From contig JAZBPW010000081.1 of NCBI GenBank assembly GCA_036351795.1, positions 1 through 59,924 on the forward strand: a stretch of 59,924 nt of DNA, read 5' to 3'. The translations under genes and the position numbers were made by a program. The notes under the pieces were generated by a model, which saw only the letters and a list, made by a program, of their open reading frames with translations, was not told the origin of the DNA and made no database searches. The DNA comes from Candidatus Zhuqueibacterota bacterium (GTDB lineage: Bacteria; Zhuqueibacterota; Zhuqueibacteria; Thermofontimicrobiales; Thiofontviventaceae). Below are positions 18,774 through 28,957 of this stretch, one piece after another. Within the stretch, counting starts at the first letter, position 1. Each line of letters begins with the position of its first letter.

Positions 18774-20027
18774 TCAACCATCTTTTCGGATCATTTCTCC
18801 GAAACGTCTGATGCCTTCCCCGATCTGCTCCGGCGACACCAGGCTGAAGCTGGCGCGCATACAGTTACCGCATCCGCCACTGCTGGAGAACGCACCTCCC
18901 GGAACCAGGATCACCTTCAGTTCTTCACAGTAGTTCTCCATCATTCGAACCGCATTGTGCTTTTCCGGCATCTCAAACCACATGAACATACCTTCTGTGG
19001 GGATATTATATGAGATCCCGGCGGGAAGATGTTCCTTAACAGCCGCCACCATCGCGTCCCGGTTGGTCCTGTACAACAGGCAATTTTTTTTGATGTGGTC
19101 TCGGAAACTCTCGTGTCCCACCGAGCTCAGGTACTGCATCAGGATTTCCTGAATGAAGGTGCTTGTGTGCAGATTCGATGATTGCTTGAAAAGCACAAAC
19201 TGACGGATGATCTCGGGATGTCCGGACGCGAAGCCGATGCGAAGTCCGGGCGCGAATATCTTGGAAAAGCTGTCCAGCCGTATCACGCGACCCTCCTTGT
19301 CCAGCGATTGCAATGTCGGCTGGAGCGGAGAATCATCCAGCTTGATCAGCTGATATGGATCATCCTCCAGCACAAGCAGATCATAATCCGAAGCGATTCG
19401 AAGCAGATGCTTTCTGCGGCCGTCGGACAGGGCTACGCCGCCGGGATTGTGTCCATTGGGGATCACATAGATGAATTTCGGCAACGGGCCGCCCTGCATT
19501 TCAATTTTCGCAAGTATCTCTACCAGCGCCGCGGTATCCATCCCATCGGAATCCAGCGGTACCTGGATGAAATTTTGCGTGAACGATTTAAAGGCGGCAA
19601 GAGCGCCCGGGTAGGTGGGCTCGGAAACGATCACGGAATCGTCGCTGTTGAGGAAGAGATAAGACATGATGAACAACCCTTCGTGACTTCCGTTCAACAC
19701 GACCAGCTGATCATCGTTCAGCGATACAGCGTCTTTATGCTGCTGCCATGACCGCAGTTCGGACTTGAGGCCGGCGTGGGCGTCCGATGGTCCGTACTGT
19801 GAGGCTGTTGTCAGATTCTTTCCCTCGATGTGTACACTCTGCCCACTCCTGAAAATGATGTCAATGGATTCGAAAGCAAATGTGTCGGGATTGGGGTATC
19901 CGCCACCCAATGAAATCATCCCTTCGATGGTCATGTATTTCAACAGCTCCCGGATTGGTGAGGGGCTCTTGTCTCTGGCGCGTTCTGCGAATCGTTCCTT
20001 GATTTCCAATATATGCGTTCCTTTCAA
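18774..20027 (-). CDS. PLP-dependent class I/II aminotransferase (LysN/Aro8-like)
   Basis: SPIRELLK, ISLGGGYP, HNPGG, EDDPY, SFSKIFAPGLRIG. Confidence 0.9.
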   Translation of the reverse strand: MKGTHILEIKERFAERARDKSPSPIRELLKYMTIEGMISLGGGYPNPDTFAFESIDIIFRSGQSVHIEGKNLTTASQYGPSDAHAGLKSELRSWQQHKDAVSLNDDQLVVLNGSHEGLFIMSYLFLNSDDSVIVSEPTYPGALAAFKSFTQNFIQVPLDSDGMDTAALVEILAKIEMQGGPLPKFIYVIPNGHNPGGVALSDGRRKHLLRIASDYDLLVLEDDPYQLIKLDDSPLQPTLQSLDKEGRVIRLDSFSKIFAPGLRIGFASGHPEIIRQFVLFKQSSNLHTSTFIQEILMQYLSSVGHESFRDHIKKNCLLYRTNRDAMVAAVKEHLPAGISYNIPTEGMFMWFEMPEKHNAVRMMENYCEELKVILVPGGAFSSSGGCGNCMRASFSLVSPEQIGEGIRRFGEMIRKDG

Positions 20028-20030
20028 TGA

Positions 20031-21161
20031 TTATTTTAGGTAAACCGCTCTTTTGGCGATACGCTGTTCGTTTACCCGCAAAACAAACAAATAGGTGCCC
20101 GAACTGATGGATGCATCCGGCGTCCATGAACTTGACGTTAATTCATGGATAAAACGTCCGCGTATGTCGTAGACCTTGATGCTGTTGCCTGCGGGCGCGA
20201 GCACATTGGCTGCGCCGTTGAACGGATTCGGATAGATCTGGAATTTGAAAGTTTCGGGTACTACCGGTGCAGATGTGACGCTCGAATAACCGTACCCTTC
20301 GAGATTATACCAGCGCCTCAGTACGTTCTCCTCCCTGGAAAATAGCAGCTCGTCGAGCGTGAAGCTCACTTCGAGCCAGCCTTCATCAGGCACAAAGACG
20401 GTCATGCGTTCGTTGCTCAGGTTCAATGCGGTATTGATGGACGCTGTCGGAATGAGCGGAAGTAACTGCAAATCAGCGGGATCACCCAGAGAGAGCGAAT
20501 CGTCTTTGAACAGAGGCACGCCGTATTTGTCGAGGGCAGTCACGCGATAGAGACCCTGCATGTCGGACTGAGGCACGTCCGGTGGAAATGGTCCCGTACT
20601 CCAGGATGCAAAATGCAGCTCCAGATATATTTTTTCCGATCCGGGGATCGCCGGACCTGATAGAGAAATAAAGCTCTGTTCGCCAATCTCCGGCGCCTGT
20701 ACGACATGTTGTTGCGTGTCGGACACCTCGATCCACAATCCGGAGTGATCGCCGAAGCCTTTATCGCGCTTTTCGAAATTCCAAGCATTGAAACCTCCGG
20801 TCATGTTGGAGATCCTGGTGAAGCCTCTTGTTTCGAGAAACGCGGATGCCTGGGCGCCTCGCCCACCAAGACTGCAGTATACTAAAATATCGATGTCTCT
20901 CGACAATCTGTTGAATTGCGATTCCAGAACACCGCTGTTCCAGGGTATGTTTGCCGGAGTAATTGGTAATTGTCCGGCGGGTTCGGCGATATGTCCCGCC
21001 TCGTATTCATTCACCTCTCTGACGTCAAGAAGCTGCAGTGTGTCTCCAGCTGCCAGACGGGCGCGGACCTGTTCCGGCGAAATATTGGTGTAAGCATGCG
21101 CTGCCGGAGCCAGCATCATGAGACTGATCACTGTTATCAGGATAGCGCTATTTCGTTTCAT
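20031..21161 (-). CDS. Secreted rhodanese-domain protein with a T9SS type-A-like C-terminal sorting domain
   Basis: Signal peptide ending AHA; LDVRE..EY.AGHI; active loop YCSLGGRG; GGFNAW. C-terminus IYPNPFN...VYDIRGR...SSGTY...K.....K. Confidence 0.85.
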   Translation of the reverse strand: MKRNSAILITVISLMMLAPAAHAYTNISPEQVRARLAAGDTLQLLDVREVNEYEAGHIAEPAGQLPITPANIPWNSGVLESQFNRLSRDIDILVYCSLGGRGAQASAFLETRGFTRISNMTGGFNAWNFEKRDKGFGDHSGLWIEVSDTQQHVVQAPEIGEQSFISLSGPAIPGSEKIYLELHFASWSTGPFPPDVPQSDMQGLYRVTALDKYGVPLFKDDSLSLGDPADLQLLPLIPTASINTALNLSNERMTVFVPDEGWLEVSFTLDELLFSREENVLRRWYNLEGYGYSSVTSAPVVPETFKFQIYPNPFNGAANVLAPAGNSIKVYDIRGRFIHELTSSSWTPDASISSGTYLFVLRVNEQRIAKRAVYLK

Positions 21162-21212
21162 GAGATACTCCTGTTTGTATATTGAAAGCATATAAAAGGT
21201 GCCATTAAATTA

Positions 21213-22553
21213 TTATCGAGTGATTTTGCGACGTGTTAATGTGTAACCGAAGCCGAGCATGGCGGCGGCGTACTCCAGATATTTGCCGTAATCCCCGTAA
21301 CTGATCACCAGATGGGTACCCAGCAGGGAGTTGAGCGCTTCCTTTGTTGATTGCACATGTAAGCGTGTTTGTGTGTGGCAGGCAGGCAGTTTGTCCTTTT
21401 GCTCTGTAAGTCCCACATGACATGCAATTTGGCGCGCGTTAATGCTGATGCGTACCGCTGAGGCAGTTTCAGCATCAGGAAGTGTCACTTCGGGTGATAC
21501 GCCGCGACCGCTTTCGTGATGCCGCATCAAACGGTACGAGAGCTTGGCCCCGCACCCGCACGTCGGCGCGGTACAGTGGGCGAGATCGATGATATTGTTC
21601 TGATGGATGATCGGATTGGCAATCCAGACGAAGTCGGCGTCCAAAGATTTAAGCAGAAACAGCGTGAGAGCGGCATCGAGATCTCCTTCACACGCTCCGA
21701 TCGCAGTGGCGGAATCGTTGAGCGCACTCAGAGAGAGACAACTGGTTGTGTCGATGTCTCCGATCATTGCGAAGCATGCCATCGAGAGCCCGTCGGCTTT
21801 GCGGTCGTCGAGCAGTTTTCGCATCGCCACGGTCACGCGGCAGGCTTTTACGACATCATCCTGTACGATGTTGATCAGCTGAGAATTATTTGCGAGCCAG
21901 TGTTCGGCCTCGGTGCGTCCCTCATCTTCAGACACGTTGCGATAGATGGCATAGAGCTCTTCCCGTTCAACAGGAATGACTTCCGTCCCTGCTCTGGCGG
22001 CAATGGTCTCCGGAGAACGACAGCTGTTGATCACCCATGGCTCGGTTTCGCCGATCTTGAGAATGCGCGCCTTTTTCAGACGCGAGACGGCCTGCCAGGC
22101 GGTCGCATATTCTCTGAGTTCGTCCAGCGTGCTTAGCCACTGCACCGGCTTGCCCTCCAACCGGCAATGCGCGAAAAAGTCGGTGCTTGCTGGATGGGCG
22201 TTGGCATGCATCAGCCTTCCTGAATACTCTGCTGGCAAAGCCTCGGGAAGATACGCGTTGAAAAGACCGATGTGAGCGGTGCAGGTGGTGATGCGAAGCA
22301 TCCATGGTTGTATGCCCCCGCTGAGGGCGACGACAACTCTGGCCGATTTCGACGGGCCCGACTCAATGGCTTCGATATCTGCATCGCTATCGATGCAGAT
22401 GACTTTCCAATGATCCTTGTGATTGAGTCCCATAGCGCTGCTGATCTCTGAAAAAAGAGCGCGGCGGGATTCATCCTCGGGCCAATAGACCGGCGAGGCA
22501 AGAAGGATCACTTCAAGAGGATAGTTCTTTTTCAGTTGTTTGATATTAGACAT
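21213..22553 (-). CDS. L-fucose/L-arabinose isomerase-like protein
   Basis: ACF...TTSCL, ACEGD, WIANP, AHCT, HHES, GTHLVISYGD. Confidence 0.75.
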   Translation of the reverse strand: MSNIKQLKKNYPLEVILLASPVYWPEDESRRALFSEISSAMGLNHKDHWKVICIDSDADIEAIESGPSKSARVVVALSGGIQPWMLRITTCTAHIGLFNAYLPEALPAEYSGRLMHANAHPASTDFFAHCRLEGKPVQWLSTLDELREYATAWQAVSRLKKARILKIGETEPWVINSCRSPETIAARAGTEVIPVEREELYAIYRNVSEDEGRTEAEHWLANNSQLINIVQDDVVKACRVTVAMRKLLDDRKADGLSMACFAMIGDIDTTSCLSLSALNDSATAIGACEGDLDAALTLFLLKSLDADFVWIANPIIHQNNIIDLAHCTAPTCGCGAKLSYRLMRHHESGRGVSPEVTLPDAETASAVRISINARQIACHVGLTEQKDKLPACHTQTRLHVQSTKEALNSLLGTHLVISYGDYGKYLEYAAAMLGFGYTLTRRKITR

Positions 22554-22646
22554 AGGAATTCACTCAATTAAAAAAAATATTTGATGATGAAAAAGATGCA
22601 TAGTCATACCATCTTTTGGACTCTGCGATTATTCGATATTGGATTT

Positions 22647-22675
22647 ATTGTAACCATTTCCAGCATAAATGTCAA
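22647..22675 (-). promoter_or_regulatory. sigma70-like promoter
   Basis: Minus strand TTGACA-17 nt-TACAAT. Confidence 0.6.
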
Positions 22676-22689
22676 GCGATAATACCATA

Positions 22690-23236
22690 TCAATCAATGA
22701 TTAGTGCACTTGTCAGATCCTCTCCCGCCGCGTGCTCCCCAAAATGACTGCCCCCTTTCCATTGCGGGCTGTTCGTCAGATCGTATACAACCTTCCTGAA
22801 GAGGACGTAGGCTGGTCTGCCTTCTTTACCATCATAGTTTGACAGGTCTTTGATACGGAATCCATCATTCTTTTCGCGTGAATGAGAGGCTTGCTGGCGC
22901 ATCCGCTTGTTGATGATGGTGACGGCAAGCAGCGCGAGCGTGAGCATGACGCCAAAAAACAAGAGTTTTATGAAAAGCAGCATGCCGAAATGGCTTTGAA
23001 AAAAAGCGGACAGAGAGTCTATTCGATACCAGGTCAAATAGATACCCGAGTCCAGCTGAGCGGCTATACAGCCGAGCCCCAGTATCCCTCTCGCCTTTGG
23101 GGCTCTGATGACAGAGGGTACAGACTTTGCCTGTGCGGCTGGCGTACTCCTCTGTCGCAAAGCAGGGATTTTGTGCTGCGGAGACGCAAAATATTATTGT
23201 AATGATGCTCAGTGCAAACAGTCGCAATTTCATCAT
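22690..23236 (-). pseudogene. Degraded CxxCH / CopD-like membrane / cytochrome b5-like domain protein
   Basis: One frame gives a signal peptide plus ATEEYA..TG..CTLCH. After CCC AAA GGC GAG AGG G the similarity moves to another frame (ILGLGC...GIYLTWYR...FGMLLFIK...YDGKEGRPAYV...YDLTNS..WKGG.HF..H.AGEDLT), which stops within the b5-like domain. Confidence 0.7.
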
Positions 23237-23249
23237 ACCTCTCTCTTTA

Positions 23250-25217
23250 TCAAATCAATTCAAGCTTTGTAAAATTGAGGAATTCGGTCAAACGGTAAGG
23301 TTCACAAAGAACGCCAATCAAATCCTTCTCTAAAAACCGGAAATCGGGATGGGGATTCGGGACAAGTTTATCATCCCTTAGTACAGCGACTATAGATACG
23401 CCTGTCTTGTCTCTGATCTGCGATTCGCGTATCGTTCGACCGACTAAAGTGCTTTCTCCGGAAATTGTCATCCAGTTCAAGTCTAACAAACTGCATGCAC
23501 TTTCGAGTTTGGTTAGCGTATGATATGTTTTGTCGTTTTCATACAGCGGGGCATACATATCCCTGCGCACGGAGTCTGTAAATTTAAAAATCTCATTATT
23601 TGTAATATCTAAATGTAACAAGGCCTGTCGTATAAATTCGAGACCGGCTTCAAACTCCGGCTGAACGACTTCGTAGACCCCATGTTCATGCAATTCCTTG
23701 ATATGTTCGATACTTGCTGCTCTTGCGACTATTCTTAGTTCCGGATTTATTTTCTTAACGTGTTCCGTGATACTTTTCGAGACGATAATGGATGGAATTG
23801 TAATAAGGAGCAAGTTTGCCTGTTTGATATTCGCTGCTTCGAGAACAATGTCGCGGCTCGCGTCACCAAAAATAATGGGGAAATCAGTCTCTTTGACTTC
23901 TTCAATTCTTCTCGAATCCAGTTCAATGATGATGAATGATAATTTTAACTGGGATAAAACTCTGGCGATATGTTGTCCAAGCTTGCCACCCCCGGCAATG
24001 ACGACATGTGAAGTCAGTTTTGTTTGAGGGAAATTCATCGTCTGGAAAGATTCATGTTTGAATTTCTTTTTGTATAACGCATAAAGCGGCGTGGTTAAGC
24101 CGGACATCACCGGAGTTATCAGCATCGTGACTATGGTCGTCGTGAGAACCAGGGAATAGAGTTCTGTATCAATTGAATTCGATTGTAAACCCAATCTCGC
24201 CAGAACGAAAGAAAACTCGCCTACCTGAAAAAGTCCCAGTGCGACTGCGAGCGGTATGATATTTCGATAGCCGAAAATTCTGCTCAATGTTCCGAAAAGA
24301 ATCCCTTTACCGAATACGACAAGTGTTACTAAAATTAAAATCATCTTCCAATGCGAAAGTAGGAAAGCTGGCTCTAAAAGCATGCCAACAGAAGCAAAAA
24401 AAAGCAGGCTGAAAATGTCGCGCAGCGGGATAATATCGCTCAATGCCTGGTAGCCGTAATCCGACTCGCTGATAACCATCCCGGCAATAAAGGCTCCGAA
24501 TGCAAATGAAAGCCCGAAAAGATACGTTCCATAACCGACTCCCAATCCCATCGTTACTATCGATAGAAGAAAAAATTCACGGGAATTCCAACCGGCAATT
24601 TTTTTTAACAGGTATGGGATCAACCTTGTGCCGAGGAAAATCATCGCAGTAAGAAAAATAGCGGTCTTGGCGATGGCTATTCCTAATAATGACAAACCCA
24701 CTCTGGGATTGTTGAGTTGGGGTAATATGATGATCATTGGCACAATAGCCAGGTCCTGAATAATTAGTATACCTATCATTACCCGGCTTGAAAGTGTACC
24801 CATCCAGCCTCGACTCATCAACGTTTTGAGCGTGACCATCGTACTGGATATCGAAATAAGTGCGCCAAGCCAAAGCGATTTGTTCCAGTCCCAGCCCCAG
24901 ATATGACCAATCGCGTAACCGTAGGCAATTATCAATATGAGCTGAATTGGTGTGCCAATCATGGCGATTTTGCGAACAGGCTTTAACTCGTTAAAAGAGA
25001 ATTCAAGCCCGATGGCAAATAGCAGAAGTGCAACACCGATCTCTGCCAACATTTCGATGTCATGTATGTTGGAAACTGTGACGACGCCCGTGTGTGGACC
25101 AATCAGAATACCGGCAAGGATATAACCCAGTATCAACGGCTGCTTGAACAGTCTGGCAATCAATGCCCCGATCAATGACGCAAGAACAATGATAATGATA
25201 TCAGATGTTATTCCCAT
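23250..25217 (-). CDS. CPA2 cation:proton antiporter (YbaL/Kef-like) with TrkA-N and TrkA-C
   Basis: [55 protein letters not shown]. Confidence 0.92.
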   Translation of the reverse strand: MGITSDIIIIVLASLIGALIARLFKQPLILGYILAGILIGPHTGVVTVSNIHDIEMLAEIGVALLLFAIGLEFSFNELKPVRKIAMIGTPIQLILIIAYGYAIGHIWGWDWNKSLWLGALISISSTMVTLKTLMSRGWMGTLSSRVMIGILIIQDLAIVPMIIILPQLNNPRVGLSLLGIAIAKTAIFLTAMIFLGTRLIPYLLKKIAGWNSREFFLLSIVTMGLGVGYGTYLFGLSFAFGAFIAGMVISESDYGYQALSDIIPLRDIFSLLFFASVGMLLEPAFLLSHWKMILILVTLVVFGKGILFGTLSRIFGYRNIIPLAVALGLFQVGEFSFVLARLGLQSNSIDTELYSLVLTTTIVTMLITPVMSGLTTPLYALYKKKFKHESFQTMNFPQTKLTSHVVIAGGGKLGQHIARVLSQLKLSFIIIELDSRRIEEVKETDFPIIFGDASRDIVLEAANIKQANLLLITIPSIIVSKSITEHVKKINPELRIVARAASIEHIKELHEHGVYEVVQPEFEAGLEFIRQALLHLDITNNEIFKFTDSVRRDMYAPLYENDKTYHTLTKLESACSLLDLNWMTISGESTLVGRTIRESQIRDKTGVSIVAVLRDDKLVPNPHPDFRFLEKDLIGVLCEPYRLTEFLNFTKLELI

Positions 25218-25455
25218 CTATCTTTCCATTTTTGGTAGTTTTCGATTGTTCCTGAATCTGACGGGATGACAGCAGACGGATTGAATCGCGGAATGTATCC
25301 CATGAAAGATAATATAGAAGATTTCTGGCGATAATCAAGACAAATATCGGCTTTGTAAAAAAAAAATTGTGATTTGACCGTCACCCGTCGGCACGTCGAT
25401 GCGGTGGATCGGCTGGAGTCGATATTGTTTGCCGGCATAAGAATAAATGGTGTGA

Positions 25456-25716
25456 TCAATTTTCCCGGAAATATGATTTCAGGACAAAAAATACTGTAAC
25501 AACGCCGATACATATCCAGACGATATTGACGAACACAGAGGGAAAGGCCTGATAATAACCCGCGTTGAGCACCAGGAAACTGCTGCCGATGATGTTCAGG
25601 ATCTGGTAGAATATGGATCGACCGGTGCATTTTTTCATGGAAACCAGAAAATAGGCCAGCAGTAACAAAACGGCTCCCACCCATCCGACAATGTCTATCA
25701 TTAGTTTTGTGTTCAT
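25456..25716 (-). CDS. Small 3-TM protein (CBU_0592-like)
   Basis: GWVGAVLLLLAY...YQILNIIGS...N...NIVW. Confidence 0.75.
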   Translation of the reverse strand: MNTKLMIDIVGWVGAVLLLLAYFLVSMKKCTGRSIFYQILNIIGSSFLVLNAGYYQAFPSVFVNIVWICIGVVTVFFVLKSYFREN

Positions 25717-25814
25717 ATTTTCCTGTTTTTCGTATCGTTATTTTACTGGTTTATTATCATACTTGCAAAATCAACTGATTTTTCAAAAATAATATGTCTG
25801 TCCATTTCCGAAGT

Positions 25815-28412
25815 CTATGGAGACCTGAACAGTACAGCTGATGGGATCTCCTGCCTGGGGATGTCCGGACCGCTGTAATACACGTAAAGATTTTCATAAC
25901 CACCACGTCCGAAGAAACTCACCTGGATCTTGTGTGAGCCGGAAGATAGTTCCACTTCTCCGGATTTTTCAAGTGTCCTGTGCAGGCCGTCATTGTCCAC
26001 GATTTGCCGGTCATCGATATACAAGCGGCTGCCATCATCCGATTTCAGGCTGAACGTGTATAATCCGGGCGTGGAAATGTGGATATACCCCTTGAATTGA
26101 AAGGCAAAGTGTTCCTGACGTCTTTTCGGTTTGTGATTGAAGGTGAGGATACGACCGCTTGTTAAAGGCGTCAGTTTACTGAAATTGGGAATCCTGCTCC
26201 ATACGCCCTCGTAATAATGGTAGTCAAGTCCGGCGTTTTCAGCAACTTTTACAAACTGTCGCATTGTGCCGGGTCCTTTCCTGTCATCGAAATACGCGCA
26301 CGCATGGATCGTTGTGGTATCATGGATGAAAAACGGATCGTCGTATCTGAGTGCATTTTGGGATGCTGAATCCCCGTTTGTCGTATAGTATATCCGTGCG
26401 TCGGGACGCGGACAGGCCAGTCTGATCTGCAGGGAATCGCTGAAAACATCATCCCCATCATGAAAGATATATACGCGTTTATCGGCCCCTTCGATACTTG
26501 ACACCAGTTTATCGTACTTTCTATGGATCCTGTCCAGCCACCATGGTCGATTCTCCAAATTCCATAAAGTTGTGAATCGTTTTTTAAGAGAGTCGAGTTC
26601 TGCGAGAAGTGCTTCCCGTGTAGGTACCCAATCGGCGGAATTGGATGTATTCATCGATCGATAGAGTTCAGATTCGAATGTCTCCATTTCACCCAGCCAT
26701 TTGATCTTGTCAATCGTAAAGATGGTCGCTTCGATGACGTCGCCATTATCTAATGCATTTTTTTTACTGTTAATCAGTGCCCGTTTCAAATCAGATGTTG
26801 TATTCAATAGATCGTCCAACTGCGATGAATGATCAACTCGAGCTGGTGAGAACTTCGCGACCGATGTCGGCGCCCAGAATACTTTTGTTGCGAAACCATC
26901 GGCAACGGTGTTATATCGCAGCGAATCAAATTGCCAGAAAAATGGTGAGATCGTTTCCGGATCGGCGCCGAAGAAAAGAGGATCAAAGGCATGTTTGAAT
27001 TTGTTCAGTTTCTGATCATAATTGTCCTTTTCCCTGACAGCATTCCATGAGCATTCCGCGCCCCACAACAGCGGAAGCCAGTTATAGTTGAAAAGATTAT
27101 CACCGGTATCATCCCATGTGGTTATCAGTGATCCAATGGCGCCGTGCTCGAATCCCTGTGCTGAAAATCCGGCGATGTTTTTCACCGCGCGATCGATATC
27201 CGGCCAGATGCGCACCCAGCTGCTCACCCCGGGCGAGATCATGAAATCCATGCCGGCATTCTGATATGTATCGAAATATGGGACATAGTCTTCCACAGGG
27301 TGATAGACCCATATGACGGCGATCAGATCCTGAGGCAGCTGACGCGTGATCTCCGGATAGAGCATGGGCATATCACCCCACATCAACAGCCTTTTGTCGT
27401 AAACGCTCAGCAGCGCATCGATTCGATTGATATGATACGCAAACGCGCCTCCCAGTCCAATGCTGTCCTGCATGGCTATGCCCTCCGGCGAATCGAAGGG
27501 ACGGACCTCATCGCAATTGATATGAAAGAGAGAACTCTTATATGCGGGCGCGATTTCGCTGTATACCTCATTCAAAAAATCATAGGTTTGCGCTTTGGCC
27601 GGCGATAGTTCGGATCGTCTTTCACCAAGATGTGCGTATTCCGGTTTTCTGAGTATCTTGGACATATGTCCAAAAGACTGGAAATTGCCAATGATCTCGA
27701 CATGATAACGTTTTGCGTATGATTCAAGCTCACGTATTTCTTCGGCATTGATGCCATCCGGTGGTGCAATACCCGGATGCTTGTGAAGCTTGAAGATGTC
27801 TTCTGTGTACAGTGTCATGCAATTCATTTTATATGAGGCGAGTGTACGGATCTCTCTTTTCAGGTAGTCCATGGTGGGTATAGGACCGCGGCTGACATCA
27901 TCCTGCCAACCCCGGTAGCGGAAGTCGGGCCAGTCCATGATCTCACAGCACGGTATCCCATTTTTCGTGCCATTGGCGGCAATGATCTGCTTGAGCGTTT
28001 GAGAACCATAGAAAAGCCCTGCAGACGTGCTCGCGTCGACCTGAATTTGTTGGGGTTCAATTCTCAAGATGTAGCCATCGCTTCCTAACTTATCACCGGG
28101 CCAGGATTTATCGTTCAAACTTTTCAGCGAGAATCGAATATGATATGCGGAATCCTTTTGAGACCACGCAATATCCGGCTTCCGCTTCTCGAGCGCTTCA
28201 CGAAGTATATCGAAAACAATTGACTCCTGATCCTCTTCGAAACCATTTGTCTGGCATCTCATTGTATCGGGGAAATTGAAAACGTCACCGGTTAACACCA
28301 GCGATTGGGGATTGGGAATGAGATTGAGTTGAGCCGCATCTTTTCTCTGAGAACAGCCTGCACAAATGAGTAATATGGAAACCGTAATGAATAGTTTCAA
28401 TTTTCGTGGCAT
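25815..28412 (-). CDS. GH20 beta-N-acetylhexosaminidase lipoprotein with Fn3-associated/CHB_HEX_C and PA14 domains
   Basis: Lipobox ICAG-C; DWPDFRYRG..DDVSRG; QSFGH; catalytic HINCDE; IYYTTNG; PA14 SDDGSRLYID..IVDNDGLH. Confidence 0.88.
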   Translation of the reverse strand: MPRKLKLFITVSILLICAGCSQRKDAAQLNLIPNPQSLVLTGDVFNFPDTMRCQTNGFEEDQESIVFDILREALEKRKPDIAWSQKDSAYHIRFSLKSLNDKSWPGDKLGSDGYILRIEPQQIQVDASTSAGLFYGSQTLKQIIAANGTKNGIPCCEIMDWPDFRYRGWQDDVSRGPIPTMDYLKREIRTLASYKMNCMTLYTEDIFKLHKHPGIAPPDGINAEEIRELESYAKRYHVEIIGNFQSFGHMSKILRKPEYAHLGERRSELSPAKAQTYDFLNEVYSEIAPAYKSSLFHINCDEVRPFDSPEGIAMQDSIGLGGAFAYHINRIDALLSVYDKRLLMWGDMPMLYPEITRQLPQDLIAVIWVYHPVEDYVPYFDTYQNAGMDFMISPGVSSWVRIWPDIDRAVKNIAGFSAQGFEHGAIGSLITTWDDTGDNLFNYNWLPLLWGAECSWNAVREKDNYDQKLNKFKHAFDPLFFGADPETISPFFWQFDSLRYNTVADGFATKVFWAPTSVAKFSPARVDHSSQLDDLLNTTSDLKRALINSKKNALDNGDVIEATIFTIDKIKWLGEMETFESELYRSMNTSNSADWVPTREALLAELDSLKKRFTTLWNLENRPWWLDRIHRKYDKLVSSIEGADKRVYIFHDGDDVFSDSLQIRLACPRPDARIYYTTNGDSASQNALRYDDPFFIHDTTTIHACAYFDDRKGPGTMRQFVKVAENAGLDYHYYEGVWSRIPNFSKLTPLTSGRILTFNHKPKRRQEHFAFQFKGYIHISTPGLYTFSLKSDDGSRLYIDDRQIVDNDGLHRTLEKSGEVELSSGSHKIQVSFFGRGGYENLYVYYSGPDIPRQEIPSAVLFRSP

Positions 28413-28587
28413 ATACCCGCTCCGGATTGTTGATTATAATCGTTGCTGATTCATAGAATTGAGTCAACATGAAATTGATGTCATCGGGAATCTTGATAAT
28501 ATAAGATAATTGTGAGGATAATCAAGGGAAATATCCAAGAATCGGGAGGAGAAATTGAGATTAAATTTGAAGTTAATGTATTGCAGA

Positions 28588-28848
28588 CTATTTTAGAGAT
28601 TTTTTCGCCCGGTAGCTCATCTTCATGTACAGATCACCGCTTTCGAGTTCGTCCAGCATCTGCTCCAGCCGCTTGTCGATGGTCTCCTGGCGTTTTGCCC
28701 GCGTGATCCATCCGATGTAATCATTCTGCTGATACGCCGGCCTCGAGCGGTAAGCCTCCATCAGTCCACGTTGGTCGAGCGCTTCCGCGATGAATTCCGG
28801 CATCGGATAGCGCGGTCTTTTCAGATTTGAAAATTTATCATCATTCAT
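28588..28848 (-). CDS. YdeI/OmpD-associated family protein
   Basis: LKRPRYPMP...AY..RP.YQQNDYIGWI.RAKR.ET..KRL.QMLDEL..G..YMKM. Confidence 0.85.
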   Translation of the reverse strand: MNDDKFSNLKRPRYPMPEFIAEALDQRGLMEAYRSRPAYQQNDYIGWITRAKRQETIDKRLEQMLDELESGDLYMKMSYRAKKSLK

Positions 28849-28957
28849 GGTGTGGATCCTTTTATTCGTCCCCGTTCACTTAAATAATGAAAATTCCGGG
28901 ATGCCGTCTTTGAACGTGCGTTCGTTCGGGATCGCTGGATTCGAGGGCGTGAATGCG

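Noticed and set aside
22865-23236. Stand-alone small c-type cytochrome
   Set aside because: The sequence after CxxCH-QSPKGER is out-of-frame read-on. The family similarity continues in another frame, so it is treated as a pseudogene.
25208-25684. 158-aa ORF upstream of the CPA2 antiporter
   Set aside because: It overlaps the better-supported CBU_0592-like gene in another frame and looks non-coding in composition.
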